Assembly: GCA_013349435.1 (NCBI GenBank)
Contig: DUZQ01000001.1
Coordinates: 25,877 to 89,876 of the forward strand
Origin: Planctomycetota bacterium
Lineage (GTDB): Bacteria > Planctomycetota > Phycisphaerae > Sedimentisphaerales > Anaerohalosphaeraceae
Length of the DNA stretch: 64,000 bases
Direction of reading: 5' to 3'
Positions within the stretch are counted from its first letter, which is position 1. Every line of letters begins with the position of its first letter. The notes below the pieces were generated by a model, which was not told the DNA's origin, searched no databases, and saw only the letters and a list, made by a program, of their open reading frames with translations. Positions 1 through 10,659 of the stretch are shown one piece after another. Both the position numbers and the translations under genes were made by a program.

Positions 1-160
1 TGTCCCCGGTACGCTCGTCGAGCTTTTTGACCAGTAAATCGCCCAGCTCATAGCCGTCGCAGCCGTATTGACGCGATATTGTGATAAAAGGCCCAGGCTG
101 CTTCTTCTCTATCTTGTCTAAATTACCACGAATATAAGATGATAGTGTAGGCTTAGGCAT
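1..160 (-). CDS. cytidylate kinase-like family protein; only the N-terminal 53 codons are present, as the gene runs off the left edge
   Basis: My own reverse-complement translation from the ATG at 158-160 gives MPKPTLSSYIRGNLDKIEKKQPGPFITISRQYGCDGYELGDLLVKKLDERTGD. The ITISRxYGxxG...L start is typical of the cytidylate-kinase-like family. Confidence 0.55.
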   Translation of the reverse strand, partial: MPKPTLSSYIRGNLDKIEKKQPGPFITISRQYGCDGYELGDLLVKKLDERTGD

Positions 161-173
161 CCTTACTCGCTCT

Positions 174-207
174 GAAACTAAAAACTAAAAACTTAAAACT
201 AAAAACC
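174..207. repeat. A-rich heptad tract (AAAACTn units), same family as the arms flanking the four-helix-bundle gene at 55184-55613
   Basis: GAAACTAAAAACTAAAAACTTAAAACTAAAAACC read directly; compare AACTCAAAACTCAAAACTAAAAACTAAGAACT at 55582-55613. It lies about 13 nt upstream of the start codon of the minus-strand gene at 1-160. Confidence 0.7.
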
Positions 208-450
208 GATAACCACCCCTCGCTCCATCATCTCACAACTTAACCAGCCCAACCCCGCAAGTCAATCATAATTCGCGCAAATTTCCAGCCGACAGACACC
301 TGTATTTCACCACGCAGCCCCCAGACCTTTGACCGAGGTAATCCCTATCTTGAGCCGGTATTCAGTCGTTCCGGATGCTGATTCGCGCCACTGCGCTTTT
401 GTTTTGGTAATTCGATGATATTTACAAAAGCCGAGCCGCGCGATAATACC

Positions 451-512
451 AACAGAAGCCGAGCCGCGCACCCGTCGAGACGCGGTCTCGCCGCGGCTGA
501 AGCGGCCGAATC
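451..512 (+). repeat. 61-nt repeat element, copy 1
   Basis: AACAGAAGCCGAGCCGCGCACCCGTCGAGACGCGGTCTCGCCGCGGCTGAAGCGGCCGAATC, with an internal hairpin CGAGAC-GCG-GTCTCG. It is nearly identical (one mismatch) to the reverse complement of 3225-3285. Confidence 0.9.
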
Positions 513-720
513 AGGGGGCGGAATAAAATTATCTTTCGGGTGGCTTGCGCCGCCGCGCTTTTGTTTTGGTGATTCTATTGTCATGCCGGATTTAATCCGG
601 CATCCAGTTAATTTAGCCCCGCGTTTCACGCAGGGTCATTCTGAGCCCTTCGCTTCGCTCAAGGACAGGCACAGCGAAGAATCTCAATTCAATATAAAAT
701 CTAAAATCTATAATGCTTGT

Positions 721-772
721 GGCCGCGTACCAGTCGAGACGCGGTCTCGCCGCGGCTGAAGCGGCCGAATCC
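721..772 (+). repeat. 61-nt repeat element, copy 2 (5' part diverged)
   Basis: GTCGAGACGCGGTCTCGCCGCGGCTGAAGCGGCCGAATCC at 733-772 is identical to the core of copy 1. Confidence 0.9.
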
Positions 773-897
773 TGCCTTAACGCAATACGCGACACGAGAA
801 CCGAGCGACGAGCGACGAATATGTTCCGACCACGCCCACAGTCATCCTGTGGGTACAGTTAAAACCTCTCAAAATCACAAGCTGTGAGAAATGCAGA

Positions 898-1482
898 CTA
901 AACAGAATCGATGATGTCGAGGATTTTTTCGAGTGAGTCGATTGCAAAGTCGGCGTGGTCGGCGAAGCTTTCGCATTGTTTGTGGGTTTTCAGCAGGACG
1001 GCGATGGCGCCCGCGGCCTTTGCGCTGAGCATGTCGAAAAGATAATCGCCTACGACAAGGGTCTCAGCGGGTGCGACAGCAAACCGGCGGCAAAGCTTCA
1101 GAACTCCAAAGGCATCGGGCTTCACGGGTCCGTCTTCTCTGTCAACAACAGCGTCAAAGACAAGGTTGTGTTTTTTGGCAATGGCCTCGGCATTAGCACG
1201 CCTGTTGCGGGTCAATATGCCGATGCAGATATCCTTTCGGCTCAGGGCGTCAAGGACCTCCCTGGCACCGTCGTTAAGAGTGGATTCGGCTACCGCGAGG
1301 TTTTCATGAGATGTGAGTATATCTTCGGCTCGTTTCCTCTGAGGTGGTGTCATTTTTTCCATAGCTTCGAGAACAGGGCCGGAGTCGGTCGGCAGGCCCA
1401 TTTCCTGGCGTATCGCGTCAAAATCGAAGAACGGCCTTGTTATTGTGCCATCCAAATCGAATATAACAGCTTTTATTGTCAT
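898..1482 (-). CDS. HAD-superfamily hydrolase (phosphatase-like)
   Basis: ORF 898..1584 trimmed to the ATG at 1480-1482 (MTIKAVIFDLDGTI...). It carries the DxDGT motif I and a GDxxxD-type motif (VVGDYLFDMLSAKAAG). Confidence 0.8.
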   Translation of the reverse strand: MTIKAVIFDLDGTITRPFFDFDAIRQEMGLPTDSGPVLEAMEKMTPPQRKRAEDILTSHENLAVAESTLNDGAREVLDALSRKDICIGILTRNRRANAEAIAKKHNLVFDAVVDREDGPVKPDAFGVLKLCRRFAVAPAETLVVGDYLFDMLSAKAAGAIAVLLKTHKQCESFADHADFAIDSLEKILDIIDSV

Positions 1483-1626
1483 AGTCTCAGTATAACAGAT
1501 GGGCTTGAAAGAAAAATTAAAAATCAAAAAGAAAAATGAAAATCTAAGAAACCGCTCCGGTACACCCGGTATCGGATGGTACAATTATTAAGTCGGGACG
1601 ACAGCCGCCTGAGCAGCATAAAATAA

Positions 1627-1655
1627 TTGTATCGAGGACCAGGTTGAGTTATAAT
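1627..1655 (+). promoter_or_regulatory. sigma70-like promoter candidate for xylA
   Basis: TTGTAT (1627-1632), a 17-nt spacer, then TATAAT (1650-1655), about 100 nt upstream of the xylA ATG. Confidence 0.45.
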
Positions 1656-1752
1656 GTGGAGAAGTAATCAGTCCGAACAATTTTGGCCGATTTTGTAAAA
1701 TAAGAGCAGGACGATTGAAATATGAAAATTAAAACACAAACAGGAGCTTAAA

Positions 1753-3066
1753 ATGAGTGAATTTTTTCCAAAGATTAAAAAAAAGGTTAAATATGAAGGC
1801 CCGGATTCAAAAAATCCATTTGCATTCAAGCATTACAATCCGAAACAGAAGATAATGGGCAAGACAATGGCCGAGCACCTTCGTTTTGCAGTGTGCTACT
1901 GGCATACATTTAAGGGCTTAGGCTCCGACCAGTTCGGTGGACCAACTATCATCAGAGAATATAACAGCTCCGGCGAACCTATGCAGGTAGCCGAGGATAC
2001 GATGCTTGCTGCATTTGAACTGTTTACCAAACTTGGTGTGGGCTTTTGGTGTTTCCACGACAGGGATATTGCACCCGAGGCAGATACCTTAGCTGAAACC
2101 AACAAACGGCTGGATCAAATTGTAAAGCTTGCAAAGAAACTCCAGAAAGATACCGGCGTAAAATTGTTGTGGGGGACAACAAATGCCTTCAGTCACAGGA
2201 GATTTATGGCAGGAGCAGGGACGAATCCATCACCTGCGGTTTTCGCCTATGCTGCCAGCCAGATAAAAAAGGCAGTTGAGATAACAAAAGAGCTAAACGG
2301 TGCAGGTTATGTTTTCTGGGGTGGAAGAGAGGGCTACGATTCGCTATTGAACACGGATATGGCAAGAGACCTCGACCATTTGGCGCAACTTTTGCGTATG
2401 GCTGTTGATTATAAAAAGAAGATTCGCTTCAAAGGCCAGTTCTATATCGAGCCTAAACCCAAAGAGCCGACAAAACACCAGTACGATTCGGATGCGGGCA
2501 ACTGCTTTGCTTTCCTGCAGAAATATGACCTTGTGAAAGACTTCAAACTCAATATCGAAGCCAATCACGCAACCTTAGCCGGCCATACTTTCCAGCATGA
2601 GCTGCAGTTTTGTGTAGATAACGGTATTTTAGGGTCTGTGGATGCCAACAGGGGGGATTTGTTGCTTGGGTGGGATACCGACCAGTTCCCGACCGATATT
2701 TATGATACCACCCTTGCGATGTACATAATCCTAAAAAGCGGCGGTTTTACGACGGGCGGTTTGAATTTCGATGCGCACGTCAGGAGGCAGTCGATTGACC
2801 CTTACGATTTGTTCCACGGCCATATTGGGGCGATGGACGCTTTTGCAAGAGGCTTGAAAAATGCGGCTAAAATGCTCAGGGAGGGAAAATTTGAAAAAGC
2901 GCTCAAAAAACGTTACGCCGGTTGGGAAACGGCCCTTGGCAGGAAAATAGAAAACGGCAAAGCCGGTTTTGAGGAGCTTGAGAAATATACTATTAAAAAT
3001 GGTGAACCGAAGCTCGCGAGCGGCAGACAGGAGTTGCTTGAAAATATTCTTAATGAATATATCTGA
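1753..3066 (+). CDS. xylA: xylose isomerase
   Basis: 437 aa with the hallmark motifs FCFHDRD, WGGREGY, IEPKPKEPTKHQYD and ANHATLAGHTF. AGGAG lies upstream of the ATG. Confidence 0.95.
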   Translation: MSEFFPKIKKKVKYEGPDSKNPFAFKHYNPKQKIMGKTMAEHLRFAVCYWHTFKGLGSDQFGGPTIIREYNSSGEPMQVAEDTMLAAFELFTKLGVGFWCFHDRDIAPEADTLAETNKRLDQIVKLAKKLQKDTGVKLLWGTTNAFSHRRFMAGAGTNPSPAVFAYAASQIKKAVEITKELNGAGYVFWGGREGYDSLLNTDMARDLDHLAQLLRMAVDYKKKIRFKGQFYIEPKPKEPTKHQYDSDAGNCFAFLQKYDLVKDFKLNIEANHATLAGHTFQHELQFCVDNGILGSVDANRGDLLLGWDTDQFPTDIYDTTLAMYIILKSGGFTTGGLNFDAHVRRQSIDPYDLFHGHIGAMDAFARGLKNAAKMLREGKFEKALKKRYAGWETALGRKIENGKAGFEELEKYTIKNGEPKLASGRQELLENILNEYI

Positions 3067-3094
3067 AAAGGCTTTCACTGCTCCATAGAAAAGA

Positions 3095-3360
3095 TACAGA
3101 TGTCATTCCGAACCCTTCGCCTTAGGACAGGGTCGATGCAATGACATAGCCAGCGAATTGAGATTCTTCGGTTTCGTCTTGGAATGACCCCTAACTTTAT
3201 TGGGTGCCCGGACAAGCAGACTGTATTCGGCCGCTTCAGCCGCGTCGAGACCGCGTCTCGACGGGTGCGCGGCTCGGCTTCTGTTATAAAACGAAATTCG
3301 ACTTAGCTCAAAATGACTATTACGCATGTCTGAATCCTTCGCTTCGCTCAGGGTATGTCC
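3095..3360. repeat. mosaic intergenic repeat cluster (same module families as 345-800)
   Basis: TGTCATTCCGAACCCTTCGCCTTAGGACAGGGTC at 3101-3134; GAGATTCTTCGGTTTCGTCTTGGAATGAC at 3160-3188; an inverted copy of the 61-nt element at 3225-3285; CCTTCGCTTCGCTCAGGG at about 3334-3352, matching 646-664. Confidence 0.85.
3225..3285 (-). repeat. 61-nt repeat element, copy 3 (inverted)
   Basis: ATTCGGCCGCTTCAGCCGCGTCGAGACCGCGTCTCGACGGGTGCGCGGCTCGGCTTCTGTT is the reverse complement of 451-511 with one mismatch. Confidence 0.9.
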
Positions 3361-3396
3361 AACGGGTAAAAATTTGCAATAAGGCGGCCAGTTTGG

Positions 3397-4653
3397 TTAT
3401 TTTGAGGATGGGGAGTCCTTTTTCCGAAGGTAAAGAACTTTAACAGAGTCTTTGCGGGGTGCATAATACATCTTCATATCCTCGGTATGCATGAACATCC
3501 ATGGGCTGGAGTAGCTTGTGCCGTTCTTCGTGAAGACGATGTCATCTGCAATGAACACGGCCGAGTGAAGTAGCCGGCCGGCGTCCAGGTACAAAAGTAT
3601 ATCGCCCAATCGCAGTTCATTTTTGTCGATCTTTCGGTAGGCTGATTCGATTCGCTGTTTGATTTTTGCTGATTTTCCGTAGTCATTGTTGATTTCGAGA
3701 TTGAAGAAGTTCAGGGAGGTCCAATGGCAGTCGCGTTCTACCGAGCTGTCGCCGAAGTCGTGGTCAAGGTCCGGATACATGTAAATGTGGCGGCGGACAA
3801 ACGGAGGCAGAAGATGAACGACGTCCAAAGAGCGGTCGCCGGGCCTGTTTCTGATGCTTTCCAGCAAAGGGTATATTTCTTTGGCTCTTGCCCCCCCTCC
3901 CCAGTACTGTGCGAGGGCGTGGGTATCGCTGTCGTCGGTAATCCTCAATTTAAGAAGTATGGTTTTTTCACAAGAAAGTGCCTGAAATACCTCTCGCCGC
4001 TCGGCATTTGTCGGGATATTTTTCATAAGTATAGGCATATCCGCAAAAAAAAGGATGTTGCCGTTGCGATAGACGAGTTTTTCGAGCAGGACGCGGGTGG
4101 ATTTGGAAAGGTTTACACCATACATCCATTCGTTCAGTGAAGGCGAGGCGTAGCGATGCACTTTATCATGGGCATAGTTGATTTTGTAGGTGGACAGGCG
4201 GTTATAAATGTAGGCGCGTGCTTCCGGACTCAGGTTGATGATGTCGGATTTAGAAGGTTCAATTATAACCCCAGCCGAACGGAGGTTGGGGCGGATTTTC
4301 TGGATGAGCGTTTGTCTTGTTTGTTCGGGCAATGGTGCGTTTGCGATGAATTGTTTCAAAGTCAGTTCGTCCCATTCGGGGAAGTGCCATTTTAGGCAAT
4401 CGGTGGCTATTTGCAATTCCGGCACATAATCTATAGGCGGAGCTATTCTGATGTAACTTATTTCAAGATTACCCCACGGGCCGGGTGCAGCTTTTCGGTC
4501 AAATACGAGTCGGGTATCCGAGGGAACTGTGGCCAGGCAAAACGGCTGGAGTATTGCAAAGTGCAAAAAAATAATTAACGAGATATATAAAAACAACCTT
4601 CCTGGGTATTCTTTAGGACAGGAGGAAGTCCCGGCAAATCGTCGATAAAGCAT
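3397..4653 (-). CDS. hypothetical membrane-anchored or secreted protein with a C-terminal papain/NlpC-P60-like Cys...His signature
   Basis: 418 aa with an N-terminal hydrophobic segment (LFLYISLIIFLHFAILQPFCLA). The C-terminal part has RDCHWTSLNFF ... LGDILLY ... LLHSAVFIADDIVFTKNG, which resembles a Cys/His thiol-peptidase core. Family assignment is from memory only. Confidence 0.55.
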   Translation of the reverse strand: MLYRRFAGTSSCPKEYPGRLFLYISLIIFLHFAILQPFCLATVPSDTRLVFDRKAAPGPWGNLEISYIRIAPPIDYVPELQIATDCLKWHFPEWDELTLKQFIANAPLPEQTRQTLIQKIRPNLRSAGVIIEPSKSDIINLSPEARAYIYNRLSTYKINYAHDKVHRYASPSLNEWMYGVNLSKSTRVLLEKLVYRNGNILFFADMPILMKNIPTNAERREVFQALSCEKTILLKLRITDDSDTHALAQYWGGGARAKEIYPLLESIRNRPGDRSLDVVHLLPPFVRRHIYMYPDLDHDFGDSSVERDCHWTSLNFFNLEINNDYGKSAKIKQRIESAYRKIDKNELRLGDILLYLDAGRLLHSAVFIADDIVFTKNGTSYSSPWMFMHTEDMKMYYAPRKDSVKVLYLRKKDSPSSK

Positions 4654-4932
4654 CTTTTTTCGGAATCCTTAACATAAAACACCATAATATCTGTCTGTAC
4701 TTTTATCAACTATCTGTTCTATAGCAGAAAAAGCATCCACCTACACCCGGCGAGCCCTCCAAACATATGAATTAAGACCCAACCAACAATAATATTATCA
4801 AAAACCTTTTGGTTTGTCAATAATTATTGCATAAGATTCTCTGTTTTTTGCAAATTAAGAAAAAAGGCAGGGCGGCAAGCTTTTTTGTACGGATTTACCA
4901 AAGGCCCTGGGTGGAATATACGGTTATCGTTG

Positions 4933-5832
4933 TTATTCCTTTTTCCGCAGCAGCTCGATAAAGAATCTGCTCGCCTGGGTCAATGTTTTGTCTTTGCGTA
5001 CAATCAGGCCGGCGGTGCGGGAAAACTTTTCATTGGAAAAAGGCATGGCCTTTAGTGTATTGTTTGCAAGCTCGGCTTGTATGGTAGTTTCGGGCAGAAT
5101 GCCGGCGCCGGCGCCAATCTCGACAGCTCGCTTTATCGTCTCGATATTATCGAACTCCATCACCGTGCACACACTTACATCATATCGGCTTAAAATATTG
5201 TCAATAAGTGTTCGAGTGGGCACGCCTTGTTCGAATGCGATAAAAGCTACCCCCTGCAGTTGGTGTATGTCAATGGCCTGCCGGTCGACAGGGGATTTAT
5301 CTAACAGCGGATTGCCGGGGCTGCATACCAGTACCAGAGGTTCCTCTTCGAGCGGATGAACTTCAATGCTGCGGTCTTGCCGGGGCACCGCCACCACTCC
5401 GATATCAACATCCCCTCTCAAAACGCTCTGATAAATCTCTTTAGCGCTTGCATAACTGATGCTGAGATTGACCTCCGGATACCTGGCCATGAATGTCTTT
5501 ATGTACGGCTGGAGGGTATGCATTCCTATACTGAATATAGCGGCGACATTTATTCGGGTGGTTGACCTGCCAAGGGCGGCCAATTCACTGTTAAGCCTGT
5601 TGTATCTGTCTAAAATATCTTTGGCGGCCTGGTAAAAAAGTTCACCGGCGGCGGTGAGTTTCAGCGGCCTCTTTTTTCTGTCCACCAATTGGCATTTATG
5701 TGCCAACTCCAGTTGAGCTAACTGTTGTGAGACGGCTGATTGGCTGACACCGTGCTTTTCAGCCGTCCTCGACAGATTCTTCAAGTCCGCCAGGTCGCAG
5801 AACATACCGATAGTTTCAATGTTCATATTCAT
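4933..5832 (-). CDS. LysR-family transcriptional regulator
   Basis: N-terminal wHTH (FCDLADLKNLSRTAEKHGVSQSAVSQQLAQLE), about 300 aa, with a substrate-binding-domain-like C-terminal part. It is divergent from gdhA. Confidence 0.9.
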   Translation of the reverse strand: MNMNIETIGMFCDLADLKNLSRTAEKHGVSQSAVSQQLAQLELAHKCQLVDRKKRPLKLTAAGELFYQAAKDILDRYNRLNSELAALGRSTTRINVAAIFSIGMHTLQPYIKTFMARYPEVNLSISYASAKEIYQSVLRGDVDIGVVAVPRQDRSIEVHPLEEEPLVLVCSPGNPLLDKSPVDRQAIDIHQLQGVAFIAFEQGVPTRTLIDNILSRYDVSVCTVMEFDNIETIKRAVEIGAGAGILPETTIQAELANNTLKAMPFSNEKFSRTAGLIVRKDKTLTQASRFFIELLRKKE

Positions 5833-5953
5833 AAGCTCCGCTAATAAGAACTATAAAAAAAGTACTGTTGCAGAACAAAAGCGTTCGTTGTATTATAAGA
5901 AAGGTTAATCTTTTGTAAAGAAAAACTTGTAAAACAAAATGTAATAAATGTAA

Positions 5954-7306
<1,353 letters not shown>

Positions 7307-7387
7307 ACAAAGCCCGACAGAGCCGGCAGATTTGATTACGAGTGGCTGCGGCTAAAAGGCGTAATTTCGTGTTCAGACCGGTGAAAT

Positions 7388-7930
7388 ATGCAGAAGAAAA
7401 GATGCGCACATTTTTGGGAAATGATAAATATCTCCGAGGGCCTTGTCGTAATGAAAAAATGTTTTCATTGCAGGAAGGTATCGACCTGCTTTGTCTTTCA
7501 TCATGACCCGCCGCTGGAGCCCTGTCGGGAGCAGAGCCACTTCTGGAACTATGCCGAAAGTGATGAATCCTTTCACTTTGACCTGATGTGCAGCAAATGC
7601 GGCAAAGTGGTAATGCTTGACGAGCTGGTTGGTCTGATGAAGTGTACGGGATGTAACGAGAGATGCAGGGTGTGCGCATTTATGCAAAGTCTCAAGCCCG
7701 AAGAGGTACAGGTTTACATTGCGATGGGACGGAGGCCTGTCGAGGAAAGGCGCCAACTTTCCAAAGAGCAGTTTTCGGCACTGGAGGCCTACTTTAACCA
7801 GCAATCTGAAAGATTAAACAGAAAAGCAAGAATTGTTCGTCATGAGATGGTCAAAGACCTTGACAGATGTTACGCCGAGGTGATTCGGGATGCCGACATG
7901 CTTTTTGCAACATCATATAAAGTAAATTGA
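7388..7930 (+). CDS. hypothetical Cys-rich (multi CxxC zinc-ribbon-like) protein
   Basis: CFHCRK, CSKCGK and CTGCNERCRVC pairs followed by a helical, charged C-terminal half. The true start may be the ATG at 7451 (MKKCFHC...). I recognised no family. Confidence 0.55.
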   Translation: MQKKRCAHFWEMINISEGLVVMKKCFHCRKVSTCFVFHHDPPLEPCREQSHFWNYAESDESFHFDLMCSKCGKVVMLDELVGLMKCTGCNERCRVCAFMQSLKPEEVQVYIAMGRRPVEERRQLSKEQFSALEAYFNQQSERLNRKARIVRHEMVKDLDRCYAEVIRDADMLFATSYKVN

Positions 7931-8017
7931 GCGTGCTTAAATCGACAAATGATGTCGATAGTAAAGCGATTTCTGTCGCCGGCAGAACGCAAAAGCTTTT
8001 TGAATTCAAGGTGATTT

Positions 8018-10603
8018 ATGGGTTCCGCTGTTTACCCAAGTACCGGTTTTGAACACCTTGACGAAATTTTATCTCATCTGCAGCTTGGCGACAACGTTGT
8101 CTGGCAGGTCGATGAAGTAAAGGACTACAAGGCTTTTGTCGCTCCTTATGTCGAAAGAGCCCTTAAGGAGAGACGGGATGTAGTGTACATACGATTCGCC
8201 CAACACGAACCTGTTTTAGACTCGGCCGACGGTCTGACGCTGGAAAAGCTTGACGCCAACATCGGATTCGAGCTGTTCACCTCGCAGATTCATAAAATCA
8301 TAGCCGCTCACGGCCTCGGGGCTTTCTATGTTTTCGACTGCCTAAGCGATCTTTTGTCGGCCTGGGCAACGGATTTGATGATAGGCAACTTTTTTATGGT
8401 TACCTGTCCGTATCTTTATGAGCTGGATACTATTGCTTATTTTGCCATAATACGTGCGTATCACTCGTTTAAGACTGTGGCTCGGATAAGAGGGACGACA
8501 CAACTTTTGCTTGATATTTACAAGCTTGGAGGCGCTTACTATGTCCACCCTTTGAAGGTATGGAATCGCTACTCACCAACAATGTTCCTTCCACATCGCA
8601 AAGTCGAGGAAAACTTTGTTCCGGTTACCACCAGTATCGATGCAGGGAGACTTTTCTCGTACATATCGGAGGAGGCTCGAAAAAGCGCCCGCAGGAAGCT
8701 GGATTACTGGGACAGGTTGTTCCTCAATGCCGAGGAGTTATTGCACGAAGATTCATCAAAAGAACAAAAGAATAACGCCATTGAAGAAATCTGCAAAGTA
8801 ATGATCGGGCGTGAGCGGCGAATGCTTTGCCTGGTCAAGAAACATTTCACGCTTCAGGATTTACTCGAGGTCAAGGCCCGGCTTATCGGGTCCGGTTATA
8901 TCGGCGGCAAAGCGGTCGGCATGCTCCTTGCAAGAAAGATACTGGACGAGGATAAAGAGTTTGACTGGAAAAAACATCTTGAGAGGCACGACTCATTCTA
9001 CATAGGCTCGGACATCTTCTACGCGTACATAATCCAAAACGGCTTGTGGAAACTGCGTATGGAGCAGAAAACCAGGGCCGGGTACTTCGCCAGGGCCGGC
9101 GAGCTGGGCGAAAAGATGCTGAACGGAAAATTTCCCGATGAGGTTAAGGAGCAATTCCTGGAATTGATAGAATACTTCGGCCAGTCACCCATCATCGTAC
9201 GTTCAAGCAGTTTATTGGAGGATGCCTTCGGAAACGCGTTTGCCGGAAAATACAAAAGTATCTTTCTTGTCAATCAGGGCTCACCCGACGAGCGTTACGC
9301 GAAGTTCGTGGACGCCATTCGGCAGATATACGCAAGCACTATGAATAAAGATGCACTGGCATACCGGTTACAGATGGGGCTGGATGAGCAGGAGGAACAG
9401 ATGGCGCTGCTGGTACAAAGAGTGTCGGGTTCGTATCACGACCACTGCTTCTTCCCGTATGTAGCCGGTGTGGGCGTTTCCTACAATACATTCGTATGGA
9501 ACAGAAACCTGAATCCTGAGGCTGGTATGCTGAGAGTTGTTTTGGGCCTCGGCACCAGAGCGGTTGACAGGGTGGAAAATGATTATCCTCGAATCGCGGC
9601 CCTGGATGACCCGCTGGCCAGACCCCATACCGGAATGGACAATATCAGGAAATTCTCTCAACATTATGTTGATGTATTAAGCATAAAAGAAGACAAACTC
9701 CGGACAATCTCCCTTCGTGAGCTTACAAAAAACGCGCCGGACCTTTCTCTGGAGCTTATTGCTGTTGAGGACCGCGAAGGAAACGCAAGAGCCAAAGAGC
9801 TTGGAATCGACAGCAACAAGTGGTGCGTTCTTACCTTTGACAAACTCCTCGCCCGGACCGATTTTGCTTCGAATATGCAAAGGATGCTCAAGAGGCTCGA
9901 AGAACACTACAACTATCCGGTGGATATCGAGTTTACCCTCAATTTCCCCAGAGACAGAGGCCCTCAGATTAACCTGCTTCAGTGCAGGCCGCTGCAAACC
10001 AAAGGCGCCGGAAAAAAGGTTGAAATTCCCGAACACATAGACGAAGCTCGTATCCTGTTCAGGTCGCAGGGCTGTTTTATGGGGGGCAGTATCTCTCAAT
10101 CGATTCACAGAATCATTTATATCGACCCCGAAGGATATATCAAACTTCCAATGGGTCGGAAGTACGACGTTGCGCGGATCGTCGGCAAACTAAACGGACA
10201 GGTTAAAAACAGGCTGCAGGAGTTGATTATGCTGATTGGGCCGGGCAGGTGGGGCACCACTACGCCGTCACTTGGCGTGCCCGTGAGTTTCTCTGAAATT
10301 AACAACATTTCGGTGCTCTGCGAGGTTTCCTATCCGAGCGGAAATCTGATGCCGGAGCTTTCTTACGGCAGCCATTTCTTCCAGGACCTTATCGAAGGCG
10401 ATATCTTTTACATAGCGCTGTTTTGCGAAAAGGATGATGTTGTCTTCAACAGGGACCGATTTTATAATCGACCTAACATACTCAAGACCGTCCTGGCTGA
10501 GGCGGCGGTGTATGAAGATATCATACGAGTATATGACGTGAAAGAAGCGGGTTTGAAAATTTTAGCGGATGTCGTATCACAAAAAATAGTATGTTTCGGT
10601 TAG
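8018..10603 (+). CDS. PEP/pyruvate-binding (PpsA N-terminal ATP-grasp-like) domain protein with an N-terminal RecA/KaiC-like domain lacking a P-loop
   Basis: 861 aa. IGGKAVGMLLARKIL and IVRSSSLLEDAFGNAFAGKYKS match the PPDK_N/PEP synthase nucleotide-binding domain motifs. I saw no swivel-His or PEP-utiliser TIM-barrel domain. The N-terminal 250 aa (TGFEHLDEIL..LGDNVVW) look KaiC-like but without GxxGxGKT. Confidence 0.75.
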   Translation: MGSAVYPSTGFEHLDEILSHLQLGDNVVWQVDEVKDYKAFVAPYVERALKERRDVVYIRFAQHEPVLDSADGLTLEKLDANIGFELFTSQIHKIIAAHGLGAFYVFDCLSDLLSAWATDLMIGNFFMVTCPYLYELDTIAYFAIIRAYHSFKTVARIRGTTQLLLDIYKLGGAYYVHPLKVWNRYSPTMFLPHRKVEENFVPVTTSIDAGRLFSYISEEARKSARRKLDYWDRLFLNAEELLHEDSSKEQKNNAIEEICKVMIGRERRMLCLVKKHFTLQDLLEVKARLIGSGYIGGKAVGMLLARKILDEDKEFDWKKHLERHDSFYIGSDIFYAYIIQNGLWKLRMEQKTRAGYFARAGELGEKMLNGKFPDEVKEQFLELIEYFGQSPIIVRSSSLLEDAFGNAFAGKYKSIFLVNQGSPDERYAKFVDAIRQIYASTMNKDALAYRLQMGLDEQEEQMALLVQRVSGSYHDHCFFPYVAGVGVSYNTFVWNRNLNPEAGMLRVVLGLGTRAVDRVENDYPRIAALDDPLARPHTGMDNIRKFSQHYVDVLSIKEDKLRTISLRELTKNAPDLSLELIAVEDREGNARAKELGIDSNKWCVLTFDKLLARTDFASNMQRMLKRLEEHYNYPVDIEFTLNFPRDRGPQINLLQCRPLQTKGAGKKVEIPEHIDEARILFRSQGCFMGGSISQSIHRIIYIDPEGYIKLPMGRKYDVARIVGKLNGQVKNRLQELIMLIGPGRWGTTTPSLGVPVSFSEINNISVLCEVSYPSGNLMPELSYGSHFFQDLIEGDIFYIALFCEKDDVVFNRDRFYNRPNILKTVLAEAAVYEDIIRVYDVKEAGLKILADVVSQKIVCFG

Positions 10604-10659
10604 CCCCAGGACGCCTTTTTTATTGCTTAATTGTGAGCGAGCCGATAGGATTGGCTGCT

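Larger units (their letters stand above)
345..800. repeat. mosaic cluster of short hairpin-forming intergenic repeats (REP/MITE-like)
   Basis: Modules read directly: GCGCTTTTGTTTTGGTRATTC at 393-413 and 555-575; the 61-nt element at 451-512 and 721-772; the perfect palindrome GCCGGATTTAATCCGGC at 585-601; and GTCATTCTGAGCCCTTCGCTTCGCTCAAGGACAGGC...GAAGAATCTC at 635-685. Overlapping ORFs occur in several frames and none resembles a protein family. Confidence 0.85.

Noticed and set aside
345-795. ORFs 345..629(-), 415..759(+) and 613..795(-) from the six-frame track
   Set aside because: They overlap each other in different frames and are made entirely of intergenic repeat modules. Peptides such as RAAHPSRRGLAAAEAAE recur because the DNA repeat recurs. 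There is no start context and no family resemblance.
898-1584. The 34-codon N-terminal extension of the HAD hydrolase ORF
   Set aside because: The extension (MYHPIPGVPERFLRFSFFFLIFNF...) is translated from an A/T-rich low-complexity upstream region. The family-typical start MTIKAVIFDLDGT begins at the ATG at 1482.
3103-3443. ORFs 3103..3327(-) and 3204..3443(+)
   Set aside because: The reason is the same: they are translations of the repeat cluster, including the inverted 61-nt element.
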